Shown here one piece after another: positions 24,246 through 35,500 of a DNA stretch of 64,000 bases. The stretch spans positions 2,992,457 to 3,056,456 of the forward strand of contig OZ316894.1 of NCBI GenBank assembly GCA_973895155.1, read 5' to 3'. The DNA comes from Marsupella aquatica. Taxonomy: Eukaryota; Plantae; Marchantiophyta. A program made the position numbers and the translations under genes. Position 1 is the stretch's first letter, and each line of letters starts with the position of its first letter. Below the pieces are notes generated by a model. That model saw only the letters and a program-made list of their open reading frames with translations, searched no databases and was not told the origin of the DNA.

Positions 24246-25765
24246 TTACTCCCTCACGCTGCATAGAAATCTTCCAAGGGCCCTATTAAATCGCAGGGCA
24301 ATATCCATGACTTGCACTAGCAAGGCATTTCCTACCTGTGATGTTGCTTGCCTTGATGCCCTGGGACGTCCTTCATAGTCGGATGGGTTAGCACCATCCA
24401 CCTCAACCTGGTCATCTACCTGGTCATCTTTCGTCCACTCATTGTTTTCACTAATGATATAATTGTGCAGTTTACAACAAAGGGTAATCCATCTCACATC
24501 CAAACTGAATTTCTTTTGATTTAGTTGCAGTCTTATCTCTTTCAGTGAATGCCACCGTGACTTCCGAACTCCAATACAATGTTCATTTGTAACTCGACAT
24601 TTTGCCATACAAGTGTTGAAGTCCTCTCTGTTGTTTGATATATCAGCCCGTTTGAAAGAACATACTAAATGGGGACAGGCCTGGTAGCCAGAGCACCCAA
24701 TAAATATTGCCCTTCCTGCAACAATATGTTTGGACCCACCTGGTTGTAGTAGTCCCACAAGGGGGACCTCCTGAGGCTAGTCAAGTCACCACATGATCCT
24801 GGCATTCCTGAATCATTCCAAACTTGAAGTTCAGTGGCTGGAAGAAATTCAAACACATAATTACAAGAGAAAATAAAGAAATAATTTTATGCAAAAAGGG
24901 ATCAAAGTACCTGTGAACATGAAAGTAATTCTTCGGTTGTGGTCACACACAACTTGTGTGTTAATGGAGTACCGGCTCTTCCTATCATAGTAGTATTCTC
25001 CATGTTCCTTTGGGCGTTGTGTGAGTGGCATGAGGGACCCATCAATGAGCCCTACACATCCTGGGAAGCCGTGTGCTGCAAAATGCAGCCGAAATGGCCA
25101 CTCTTTCAGTAGGCTCTGGCCAGGCAATTTGGTCACACAGCACAGCCTCTAAAGCCACAAAACACCGCTTGCTGAAGTTGACTAGGCTGCCACAACTAAC
25201 TCCCCAAGTTGGTATCAAATCGTTTATATAGGCCCCATTACCATCATGGCCAAGTCTGTCAAAACAGACAGCTAGCTGTGTAATGATGGGTGCCTGTCCA
25301 TAGTTTGATTGGGATTAAAAAATGGGATGAGATTCAATTTTGTCCCCCAGACCAAAGAATGTGCGCTTATCTATTTTGGTCAGCTGTCTGAAAAGTGTGG
25401 CAGGCAAGTTGTGGAAGTATTGGGTCACAAAATCAGCTGACTTAGTAGTCACTTGTCTTGGCACAAAAAACCTGGTGTTATAAAGCACAAAATACAATTC
25501 AAACATAGAAGCAGGAGTTTCTCCTTGAAATTCATGTGGATCATCTGAGATCTCTGAATCTTCACTACTAGAGTCCATAGGTAACTCAGTGTCTGATTCT
25601 GATAAAAGGGAGGCATTGCCCTGGTCCACCGCCGAGAGGTAGCCCACTGAAAGGTCAAGAGAATCTGCATCGGATGAGGAGTCTGAGGACTCCATAGCAA
25701 TGTTTAGTTGAAGTTGATGCCTGATTGCCCTCAACTGTTTTTGGCGCTCTAGAACACGAGGCATA
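24246..25765 (-). pseudogene. Harbinger (HARBI1-like, DDE_Tnp_4) transposase pseudogene; intron ~24910-24808
   Basis: Motifs GFPGCVGLIDGSL, YYDRKSRYSINTQVVCD, G|MPGSCGD, RVTNEHCIGVRKSRW, CCKLHN. The YLLG[D]SGY motif has a 1-nt deletion in the Asp codon (~24694). In-frame stop at 25315. Confidence 0.9.
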
Positions 25766-25951
25766 GTAAACGAAGCAGAGTTTTGGAAAAGGTACAACAA
25801 CAATGGGGCAGATTGTTCAGAGTCTAACTACTGGTACACATAAATTTCACAATACCCATAAACTGAATGGCAGAGAATATACACAACATGAATTCACCAA
25901 TGGAAACTTTATATGCAAAACTGTCAATACATATGAGCAAATGATTGGGAG

Positions 25952-26790
25952 CTAGTCTGACAGGTCAGTTTCCTTAAGAGCTTCTATCAAATCCGCTAGG
26001 ATTCTTTTGACACTCTCTGGCTTGGTAGGAGTGCAATCCCATTGTGGGATTTTTTTGGGTGTACCCTGGTTGGGCGAAATTGCTATGCTTGTACCTACAT
26101 GGACCCCAGGACTGCTTGTACATGCATCGTGCACAAATGCCAAACGCTGGATGTGCAACTCTATGTCTTTCACCTCAAGCCACACTCGCATTTTAGGACA
26201 TTTCTGCAGTCCTTTGTGGACTGTGAGTAGTTGCTGGACTTCATCTAAAAGGCTGAATTCCCTTGGTTGTACATTCAAGAGCATAGTTGCCTCATCCCAG
26301 ATCAGGGCTTTGAGTGGAGGGGTGCCACCATTCACAGCATCAAAGAATTAGTTGAAATCGGTAATTTGGCTCCCCAGGGGCAGAATGCTCACATTTTAGA
26401 CCAAACTCAAGGGATTTCTTACAAGCTTGGCCAGGCTCAATGGGCTGAGAACATCCTGAATATGTGAACTTCCTTGGAAAAGGATTTTTTGCGCAATAAT
26501 TCCCTGCCCAAACTAGCGAAGGAGGAAAGGAGGAAAGGACTCGGTTTTGCCTGCAAGCCTTGCGTCCTCCACCACTGAAAGGGAAGTCCAGTCCCCAATG
26601 GCCTGGAATGCCACATGACACAGAAATTTCAAGCCCATAGCTATCTAAGAGGCAGAATCGCATAAAGGCATTTCATATTGCAAGTTTTGATTCAAAGACT
26701 TCCCTACAAATTTGAGTAGTCGGGTGACGAACTGTTTCAGGCCGCTGCACAAACAGTCGTCAACGAAGCTCCTTGAAACTCACTGCTCAC
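25952..26790 (-). pseudogene. RPA70 C-terminal-like (Zn-ribbon OB-fold) cargo ORF inside the Harbinger, frameshifted near 26340
   Basis: Joining ORFs 26340-26663 and 25952-26335 gives FTYSGC..ACKKSL..KCEH..PNYRFQLIL/DAVNGGTPPLKALIWDEATMLLNVQPREF. This follows the RPA1 DBD-C pattern (YxxC..CxK..C..YR..LxD....WD.A..LL....EF). 5' limit approximate. Confidence 0.55.
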
Positions 26791-27334
26791 GAAGAATGCT
26801 CATCAAGCTGACCTGATCCAGGGGCCCTCGACAAAGCGCTCTCGCGTCGACCTTCTTTGCAAATTTTTCACTCTGTGTCGCATGGGTCCGCTGCGCTAAA
26901 CCCCTAAGCTGAACTCCTAAACCCTTTACCTCAGTTACGCGCAGTCGGGCATGACTGGTCGGGCATCGCATGTGGGGCCCGACCAGTCACGCCCGTTGCC
27001 CTGACTGGCTACAGTCCCGGGCGCGGTCATTCATAAAAAAATGCATATTTGAGACGCCCTACTGTAGCTGATTACCTTCCTTCAAAGTAAATAGAGATGA
27101 AGACCAACAAATATCTTGCAAGAAAAAGAATTCAATGTAAATAGGGAAGAAAACAAAACAAATAATATATTTCAAACAAATAATTTATGTGTTATCGGCC
27201 GTTTACACTTGCCCCATCCTCCTTTTTTGTTCACCCTCACTTTGTCCTTATTTAGAGTCCAATTATTTTCCTTGTTTTTGAGTCCAGCTTTGTCTTTACA
27301 TGGAGTTAATGTTTAATAGAGGTTTCAATTTAGA

Positions 27335-27810
27335 CCCTGCAATAGAACCAAAGCAGTCCCATCAAACAAAAGATAGACTATCTCCTTCTGAACGTGCACC
27401 TCTGTAGGGTGGCCTCACAAGTTCTCATACTATTTATTTTTTTGTATTGAAACAATTAAAAGCAACCTTCCAACAGAGGATAGACGGCCTACTCGGGGGA
27501 GCATGTACCTCTGTAGGGTAGCCTGGGGTAGCTCACGTGTTTTCATCCTATTTTTATTTTTGCATTGAAACTTAAAGCACCCATCCAACAGAAGATACAC
27601 TATCTACGTTTTTCTTTGCATTGAAACCGAAAAGAAACCCATCTAACAAAAGATGCATGATCTACTTTGGGGCATGCACCTTTGTGGGGAGCCACAAAGG
27701 GACTAACACAATCTATCTTTTTGTTTGTAATGAAATCCAAAACAAACCCGTCCAATAGAAGATACTGATGACCTAGTGTGGAGCATGCACCTATTTAGGG
27801 TAGTCACAAG
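27335..27810. repeat. Degenerate tandem array, ~5 units
   Basis: Recurrent ttgaaac..aaagca.cc.tccaacaga.gata and gcatgcacct.tgtagggt.gcc blocks. Confidence 0.6.
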
Positions 27811-28797
27811 GGGACAATACAATATCCAGGGATCCAACAATGACCTTCCAAGAGGGAGAGAGGTTGAACTAGGGTTTAGACCCCACCAGTGCACCACATA
27901 TAAACGTACCTTCCATACCCCTTCCATGTGGGACAGGTCTTTCAATTGAAGTTTTCATACTATTTGCATAGTCAATGAATGACACATTTTCATTGTCATT
28001 GAATAACATCCTTCAGGCAATTGATTTTAGGGCCTCTAGTCAAATTTCCCTGCTCCACTCTCCCATACAATGCACCCCAGAGCTCTACCAAGCACTTAGG
28101 TTTGCTACTGGGTAACTTTTGGGTTTTTTGTTCCTAACTATTTGTTGGGGGGGGGGAAGGTTTGCCAGGTCCCCAGCATTGTTTTCATTGTTTTCTTTAT
28201 TGGCAAGAATTAGCCAAATTCCACCTCCCCAAAAAGCTTTTGCCCCACTTTTGGCAAAACTTTGCTTCTCTCATTAGCCAGTGTCCCACCTATTCACAGA
28301 CCCATTATCCAGAATCTATCCCACCTATTCACAGGCCCATTATCCAGAATCTAACGGTAATACTTAAATCTAGGGAGTTCTAAGGGTCAGGAAAATAGAA
28401 TATTTTGAGCATCTTTTCCTTCGCACACTAGACATTTGCCACTCTCGTGAAAAAGTAAAAACCTTTAAAAAGTACAACGCTGGTCCCCGGGCCTTTGGGT
28501 CTCTTTGGCAACCCCCCTTTTGATTGGGCCTTTTTGCCTGTTTGTTGGGAGCCTCTTGTTTTTTGAAAGTTACTTATATATATTTTTCCTCTGGGGCTAT
28601 GTAATTTATTTAGCGGAGATAAATGCGCTGTGAAGGCAGTGGAGAATAATTTCATCTCTGCCCGTGCATCCTTCGGAGATTTCGTCCCAAATGGCGTGGA
28701 ACAGAATGATATTCGAGAACAACAAAAGCTATGGCGGAAGTAAGAAAAGCCCTAATTCGAGAATCGTAAGAGCAGAAGGTCCCCTACGGTAGGCTCG

Positions 28798-29321
28798 ACC
28801 TGAAATTGTAGAGAAAGGAAATCCGAGGATGTTCAAATTGATGCGTACAAGGGACGTTGGTAGCAAATTCACCATCTCTCTATCGACCGGAAATTGTAAA
28901 GAAAGGAAATCTGAGGATGTTCAAATTGATGCGTACCAAGTAAGCTTATAGCAAATTCACCATCTCTCTACCGGACCGGAAATTGTAGAGAAAGGAAATC
29001 TGAGGATGTTCAAATTGTTGCGTACCAAGCAAGTTGGTAGCAAATTCACCGTCTGGACCGGAAATTGTAGAGAAAGGAAATCTGAGGATGTATTGATGCA
29101 CACCAAGTAAGTTTGTAGCAAATTATTCACCATCTCTCAACCGGACCGGAAACTGTACAGAAAGGAGATCTGAGGATGTTCAAATTGATGCGTACCAAGT
29201 AAGTTGGTAGTACATTCACCATCTCTCTACCGGAAAGGAAATTGAAGAGAAAGGAAATTTGAGGATGTTCAAATTGATGCGTACCAAGTAAGTTGGTAGC
29301 AAATTCACCATCTCTCTACCG
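28798..29321. repeat. Six-copy ~88-bp tandem minisatellite
   Basis: Unit ggaaattgtagagaaaggaaatctgaggatgttcaaattgatgcgtaccaagtaagttggtagcaaattcaccatctctctaccggacc. Units start at ~28802, 28890, 28979, 29061, 29149 and 29238. No unique spacers. Confidence 0.9.
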
Positions 29322-29858
29322 CTTAAGCAACTTGCCTAGTGATTCTAGACAGACGCAGTGGATACCTAATCAGGAAGTTATGATGTCCGCTCATCCACAA
29401 CTGCCGTTCTGTTCAGCGCTAACGCAGGCTCTTTGCGTGAAGGGGAGCTCATACCTCACACTGAACGCTAAGTAGTGATATTACTTGATTGCCAGCTTGA
29501 ATAGGGTTTCGTTAAGCGGTGCGCCTGCGATTCGGTTGGGATACTGAGGGGATCAGCTCATAAAAATTGGTTTCCTCCCCTGGTACTAGTAAGATCTGAA
29601 GGGGCTTTCTTTTTATTCATCACTGACAATTATAGAATGAGTGAATGGATCGTCAGTACATCCACATCTTCACATGTGCTCCGCATCTGAAACGGAGAAA
29701 CTCTGCAGACCAAAGCTCGGTAAGATCAAAGATGTATTGTCTACCTATTGCACCGAGGCCCATGAATTCAAGTTTTCTATAGCTCGTGTACTCTTCGTAA
29801 TCGCTTGTATGATGAGAAGCAAAGATGAGATAAAGTAATTAATTGCAAAGAACTGTCG

Positions 29859-31304
29859 TCAGAGCTTATTCAGAGTATCCGGTTGCTGTGGACTCAGTTC
29901 CCCCTCCCGTTTCCTCATCCGCTCCCTAACCTCTATATCCGTGAACGAAACCAATTTCTCCACATCTAAGCTCTCCTCCTTCAGCGTCCTAGCCCTGTAC
30001 CTACTTCCCCTGGTCTTCAAACTTTGCGGATTCTCAACAGCAGCTTTGATAAATTCACTCCATAGAGTGAAGCATTTTCTCGTAGTTTGATGCCCTTTGA
30101 GTACCAGCGCAAAACAATGTGGCATGGCTTCGAACTCGTCATACACAACAGTGACGCCCTGTCGCGCCGCGACCGTGGCTACGTACTTGCTTTCATCGCT
30201 TAACAGCTCCTCTCCTGTTACGATCCAAAGGGGCGGGCTGCCAGTCCAGTCTTTCGCAGCAATAGGTGACACCAGAGGATGGCAAAGCACAGCATCGTCC
30301 GCAAAGAGACTCTTCCTGGGAGGATTGGCCGGCCAGATGGAACAGGGAGGGTAGAAAGCGCCCGTAGGATGCATGCTGCGAGAGGGGAGATAATCATACC
30401 TCGCGTTAGCGTCGCATGAAGGGCTCGAGTGCGTGATGTCCATCCAAGGACTGTTTAGAGCCAGTCCTGCCGGAAGAGGAACTTCGCGCTCTGCGCCGTG
30501 CCATTGGATCTTAATGTTCATGCGGCGGAATTGCAGAAGCGTTTCGAGAAGCACTACAGAGAGATTGCCACCCGCGCTGTCGCCGGAGAAGACGATGTGC
30601 TGGGGTTGCACGGGCTTGTGGAAAGAGTCGGGAGGCGGGTAGAGCAGGTTGAAGTAGCAGACTAGAGCATCGAGGAGGGCGGCTGGAAAGGGATTTTGAG
30701 GAGCGAGGCGGTAGCGGACGGAGAGGCAGCGGCCATTTGTGAGCTTCGCAAGCTTAGAGGTGGTGGGACGATAGAAGGCCGGGTCGAGGAGGTAGTATGC
30801 TCCGCCGTGGAAGTAGAGAGTGGTTGTCGGGGCCGTCACTTCTTTCATGAGTTCTGCATACTTTTGTGCTTCTGAGATTTGAAGTTCGGGAGAGTTCTTC
30901 GTTGCTGCTTCCCGATAGCCTGTCCATTCAGCTTCAACCGGTTTCAGCTCGGGTTGTGTGTAACCTCCAGGTGCCTCGCCCGGCTCTTTCAACGCCTCGA
31001 TTGCTTGGAAGAGAGATTGCCGGATACTGTCCTCTTCTGGCACTGGCAAAGTAACTTTACTGATCCACATCTTGCCCTTGATGCCGGGATCACTTAAAGT
31101 GGACCTTTGAGCTTTAGAAACTGGTTGAGGACGAGGAGAAATGATAAACGAGCGTAGCATATTGACCGTGATCTCTGTTTTTAAATCCCACTGCTTGGCC
31201 GTCTCTGAGAGTCCTAACATATGGAACAGAGCAGTTTTCCCCAGGAGAGGCACTCTTGGCACGATGGCCTTCAGAATTCGTAATTGTTCGGAGACGCCAC
31301 CCAT
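29859..31304 (-). CDS. Intronless HSL-family alpha/beta hydrolase (lipase/esterase, Abhydrolase_3), ascomycete-like, 481 aa
   Basis: Intact ORF with YFHGGAY oxyanion hole, SVRYRLAPQNPFPAALLDAL, nucleophile GDSAGG, SPWMD, GEELLSDE and EAMPHCF. The N-terminal extension (WDLKTEITVNMLRS, DPGIKGKMWISK, VEAEWTGYR) and LLYPPPDSFH insert are what I recognise from filamentous-ascomycete members, not plant CXE/GID1 proteins. C-terminus is -NKL. Confidence 0.9.
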   Translation of the reverse strand: MGGVSEQLRILKAIVPRVPLLGKTALFHMLGLSETAKQWDLKTEITVNMLRSFIISPRPQPVSKAQRSTLSDPGIKGKMWISKVTLPVPEEDSIRQSLFQAIEALKEPGEAPGGYTQPELKPVEAEWTGYREAATKNSPELQISEAQKYAELMKEVTAPTTTLYFHGGAYYLLDPAFYRPTTSKLAKLTNGRCLSVRYRLAPQNPFPAALLDALVCYFNLLYPPPDSFHKPVQPQHIVFSGDSAGGNLSVVLLETLLQFRRMNIKIQWHGAEREVPLPAGLALNSPWMDITHSSPSCDANARYDYLPSRSMHPTGAFYPPCSIWPANPPRKSLFADDAVLCHPLVSPIAAKDWTGSPPLWIVTGEELLSDESKYVATVAARQGVTVVYDEFEAMPHCFALVLKGHQTTRKCFTLWSEFIKAAVENPQSLKTRGSRYRARTLKEESLDVEKLVSFTDIEVRERMRKREGELSPQQPDTLNKL

Positions 31305-32569
31305 TTTCGAGGAATTTTGGAGGCAAGCCCTTGACGATTGGAAAAGAAGAATACAGTAGTATGCAATGATCTACTCGGGTGATAGTCGAGTGCGTATGAG
31401 AACAGAGAACAGAACACAGCAATACGAAATGCTCTATGCGGCAATAGGCAGAGTGCGCGTATAGGAACAGAACACAGTAATACGATATTACCTAATTCGG
31501 CACAGAAATAGGCGATGATGGGAGCGAGAATCGAAGGTATCAACCTTGTGAGCCACAAGAAAAATATGGAAGAAACGTACCGCTTACCAACTGAACCATA
31601 CGGTGAGAGGCAGGAATCAAAGAGGAAGAATCAACGAGGATCTTGCGCGGTTGAGATGTGAGATCCACGTGGATGTCGTTGCAACGAAGCATGTGTGTGG
31701 GGCAGCCGCGAGCGGCTCACTTTCGCCGACGGGCATTTCATGCAAAGGCTGACAAAATGGCACTCTCACAACAACTCTCACCACGCTGACCCTGAGTTTG
31801 CACCTTTCGGAGACGGTCACGACCGAATTGGCAGATCGTCTAACGTAATCGCTCGACAGGCGAGATGATATGAGATTGTTGCCCAATATCTTATCCTCGT
31901 AGTATCACAGAACGCTGTCTTCCTTTGTCCACTGACACCTGTGACCCGATCGCTCAGACTAACGTATACACGGTACGACATCTAAGGGCCATTGCAGATG
32001 CATCATTACTGATGCCTCTCCACCGCCTACAAAGCGTGACGGACAATCACTCATCTTCCGCTAGCGTCCTCCGACCGACTGCTGCTCCAGCTCTCTCGAT
32101 CAATCCCGGAAGAGGATCCGTTCATAGGAGCTAGTACCTTTTAGGGTGGGATTGAAGCTGACAAAAGTGAGAAACGAACAAAATAAACAAGTAAACCAAA
32201 GAAAGAGTTCTTAATTGACACTGGTAAAAAGGAGCACACAAAGTCTGAACTCTCAATCCCTGCGCAGGCGTGATCATCATTACTTCAGCCGTGAATTGAT
32301 TTGGATGACCGCATATCCCCAATGGGAACAAGGGTCAGAGCCCAAGGCAGATATGTGTGCCAGAAAATGTGACCTTTACAAAGTGAGCATACTATTATTT
32401 AATGAGCTCCATACAAACGTTGCAGCAAAACGTGGATCGTACTTCGGTTCCAAGGGAAAAATATTGTAGGATTTTAATCACTACTGTAGTGATGGGCGGA
32501 TACAGCACTTCCCACCTCGAAGTTGCAGCATCTATCCACCGTTACTTCCAAACCAATCCTTTAAAGGAC

Positions 32570-35500
32570 TTAACATCTCTCAAACACCTTGTACAGATTC
32601 TCTAAGTGTGCCACCTGAAAAGAAATTGGCACATGAGGAGAATCAGCGGAGGATTAGTCAACCACAGTAGAACGTATCAACAGTCAGAAGAGAGATCGGA
32701 AGTATACCCTGACTATCGTGCCATCGTTGGCCATGTGTCGTGGAGGACGCAGAAACAATTTCATCGCCGGGAACAACACATGTTGAATCGTCCAGTCTCT
32801 CTGGGCCCAAGCCGTCGCGGCCTCAGCAAGAAGATCTGGATCTATGACCACATTCCTGGGGTATGCTGCTGAAATCTCACTCCCTCCGTCATTACGTGAC
32901 CCAGTACCGATTCCTGTAACAAGAACTATTGAGACTGACAAACTAAGTCGAACACAAATAGTTCGCAATTCGCTTTATGCCCTTCTCGAAAGCCTCTGAA
33001 ATGGAACCATTCAGAACCAAAACACGAAGGGTTCAACCTAACGACTACCAATAACAAGGAGACGTGTACGAAGCATTCAAGACCATCGCAGGGAAACACT
33101 CTGAAAAGCCAAACAAGGGCATTACTATGCGCAGACCGACAAAGTCATCAAACTGAAACCATCGCAGGAAAGCACTCTGAAAAGCCAAACATGGGCGTCA
33201 GTATGCGCAGACGATGTCCACTGTGGTCCTCAAGTTGGACCGTACCACTGTCGGTTGACGGCTTTGACATCTCCTGTGACTTCACTCCTTCATCGGATGG
33301 GTTTGGAAGCAACGGTGGATAGATGGCATAAAAATCAGCGAGAGCCGCTGCAAACGTCTCAAAACATTCCTTCTCTGACTCCCACTCTACCTGGATACAA
33401 CGAGCAACATCGTAAGCAGTTAGTTAAGTTATGCACCAGCTCTAATAACCCCAGGTCCAGCACCTCACTTGAATTATCTTAATAAACAATCGATAAATAG
33501 ACGTCAGACACAATTGAAAAACAACCCAAGGGTGGACCCCTTTTCATGAGCCAAGGAATGAAATTGTGAACAGAGCCATCAAACTGACCATCGGGTACGT
33601 TTTTGAAAAGCGCTTACATTATTCCCAACGTTCAACACAAAATCACAAATTCTGTCCATGTCCGGACTGTACTGGTCAAGGATGATCGGAATCGCGCATA
33701 AGTTGCCTTCCTTATCGATCTCCACCCCAAAGTATTCCTCTAACATCTCTGCTTTACCTTTGAGAAGATCTGAATTTAACTGCACAAGACCAGCCACATC
33801 AATATTTTATCTCCATCAGAACTCCCTTGATGGGTACATGGGACCATCAAGAGCCGTCACTCAACCAAAAGAAGTACAAAAGAAGGGGAAAGGGCACCTC
33901 AGCAATCTGATCCTTGGGTCCATCGCTCTCATCCCAACTGCCCTCTCTGTTTAGGGCCATAATGAACAGGTCCCTAATAGATGTCGGAGTACTCAGCTCA
34001 ACCGACTCAAAGTGAGCAAACCGGCGCAATACTTGCTGGTAGAGAAGCTCTTTACTGCACAAATGATGGAGTTGCAACCAAAATCTGCGTCAGATAGGTT
34101 CTGAGGCTGTCATTCGGTTAGATCCCCAGTGATGACATTGAGTTTCAGATCTCTGAACTCTAAATTCTAGAGGATTAGAGAGCCACATCTAAAACATCAG
34201 TGAAAGTGACTTTCATCATTCCATCACGAAACCCACTCAATCCATTGCATTCGGCTTCAATAGAGATGGCAGTCCTGTTCAAAAATTCCCGCAAACGATT
34301 GTGCGAGGTTAATGAAGAGAGGTCAGCAGAAGCATGCAATTTTGATAATGCAAGTCAATCTATGAAGCCATCCATCAGTATCCTGTCAATGTTTTTCGGA
34401 TACTTTTAAATATCCAACTATTAAAGTGGACAAAAGATCAGTGTGCTGGTGACGTCCAACGGTGGGGCCCCGGATCTTTATCTTAAGCTTATATTGGATC
34501 TGAACAATCTCAGGTTCCCTCTGTAATTGCATCTTTCCCCACGAAGTAGGACCAGCATCAGCACGAGAAACAAACTTGTTGTGGACGATAAGTCCAGGGT
34601 TTCTCTGGGCAAATAAGCTTCAAACTGAACTGTTCAGGCTGCGATATCTCACCTTAAGTCCACCACGTTCAGTAGATAGAGACCGGTCTTATATTGAGCC
34701 AAAGCCAAAGTTGCGTCCGCCATCCCCACATAGACACAATTCTTGACAATATCTGTCATTTCTGATCCGTCCACAACGCAAGGATGGCCAACAAGTATAA
34801 GGACATGATGTCATGAAGCAACTAGTGAAATTTGTAGTGCTCTTTTGCAACTGCTTTCTAAGAGGAAAAAAGTAACAATCGTTCTTGGCAAGTATAGAGA
34901 GACAGGAAAGGCTTGCGTCAGTACTTGACGACACACAAGACGAAATATCAACAACCTCATATATATATTTTTTACACAGAGACATGAATTTGGCTTCAAA
35001 CTAAGTCACGGCAGACTGGGAACCTGAATGGGTGTCTTGATCGACGTCAGCAAGGAGTTCTTGGACGCTAGTTAAGTCTGCACTCTCTTTGGGGTTGCGC
35101 CTTTGCCTGACCAACTTTCTGCCATTACCAAGACCAACATTTCAAGCTAATTTAGCACATACAGTAACTTCGTCAATGAGAACGTAAGTTATTGCCTACC
35201 CTTTTTGGGGGTCGACTTTCCTGGATTAAGATCGTATTCAGGAGAAATTCATAGATCCAAAGGAACGTGCTCCACACCCCGCCCCCCGTCCCCCCCACCA
35301 CCACGCACACACAGCCAAAACCCACCCCCACACACAACTATTGTACCACCAGCTTTCTCTCATTTCATTATGGGTAGTAAGTCCTTTGGATCATGTATAC
35401 CTGGTTACGGCTAGATCTTTCTTGTCGTTTGCTGGATCAGAAGTCTTGGTCTGCATATACGCATGAAGCCTCCCTGCTGGAATGAGTGCATCTGTACGGA

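Larger units (their letters stand above)
21010..27060. mobile_element. Full-length but decayed PIF/Harbinger DNA transposon, ~6.05 kb
   Basis: TIRs AGGGCATCTCAAATATG (21010-21026) and CATATTTGAGACGCCCT (27044-27060), one mismatch. ACT on both flanks (21007-21009, 27061-27063). Convergent ORF1 and DDE_Tnp_4-type transposase inside. CGGG-rich subterminal motifs at both ends. Confidence 0.9.

Noticed and set aside
28798-29321. CRISPR-like appearance of the regularly spaced repeat
   Set aside because: Whole ~88-bp units repeat head-to-tail with no unique spacers. There are no cas genes and the context is eukaryotic.
32100-32138. Helitron-like 3' end (cgga..tccg then CTAG) or a TACC duplication bounding the island
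   Set aside because: The stem is only ~4 bp, there is no matching TC start at the left junction, and a 4-bp match is expected by chance.
32570-33620. Initial suspicion that MLH1 was truncated by the fungal-like island
   Set aside because: The last three exons (33390-33246, 32913-32708, 32614-32570) are present and end in the canonical FERC*.
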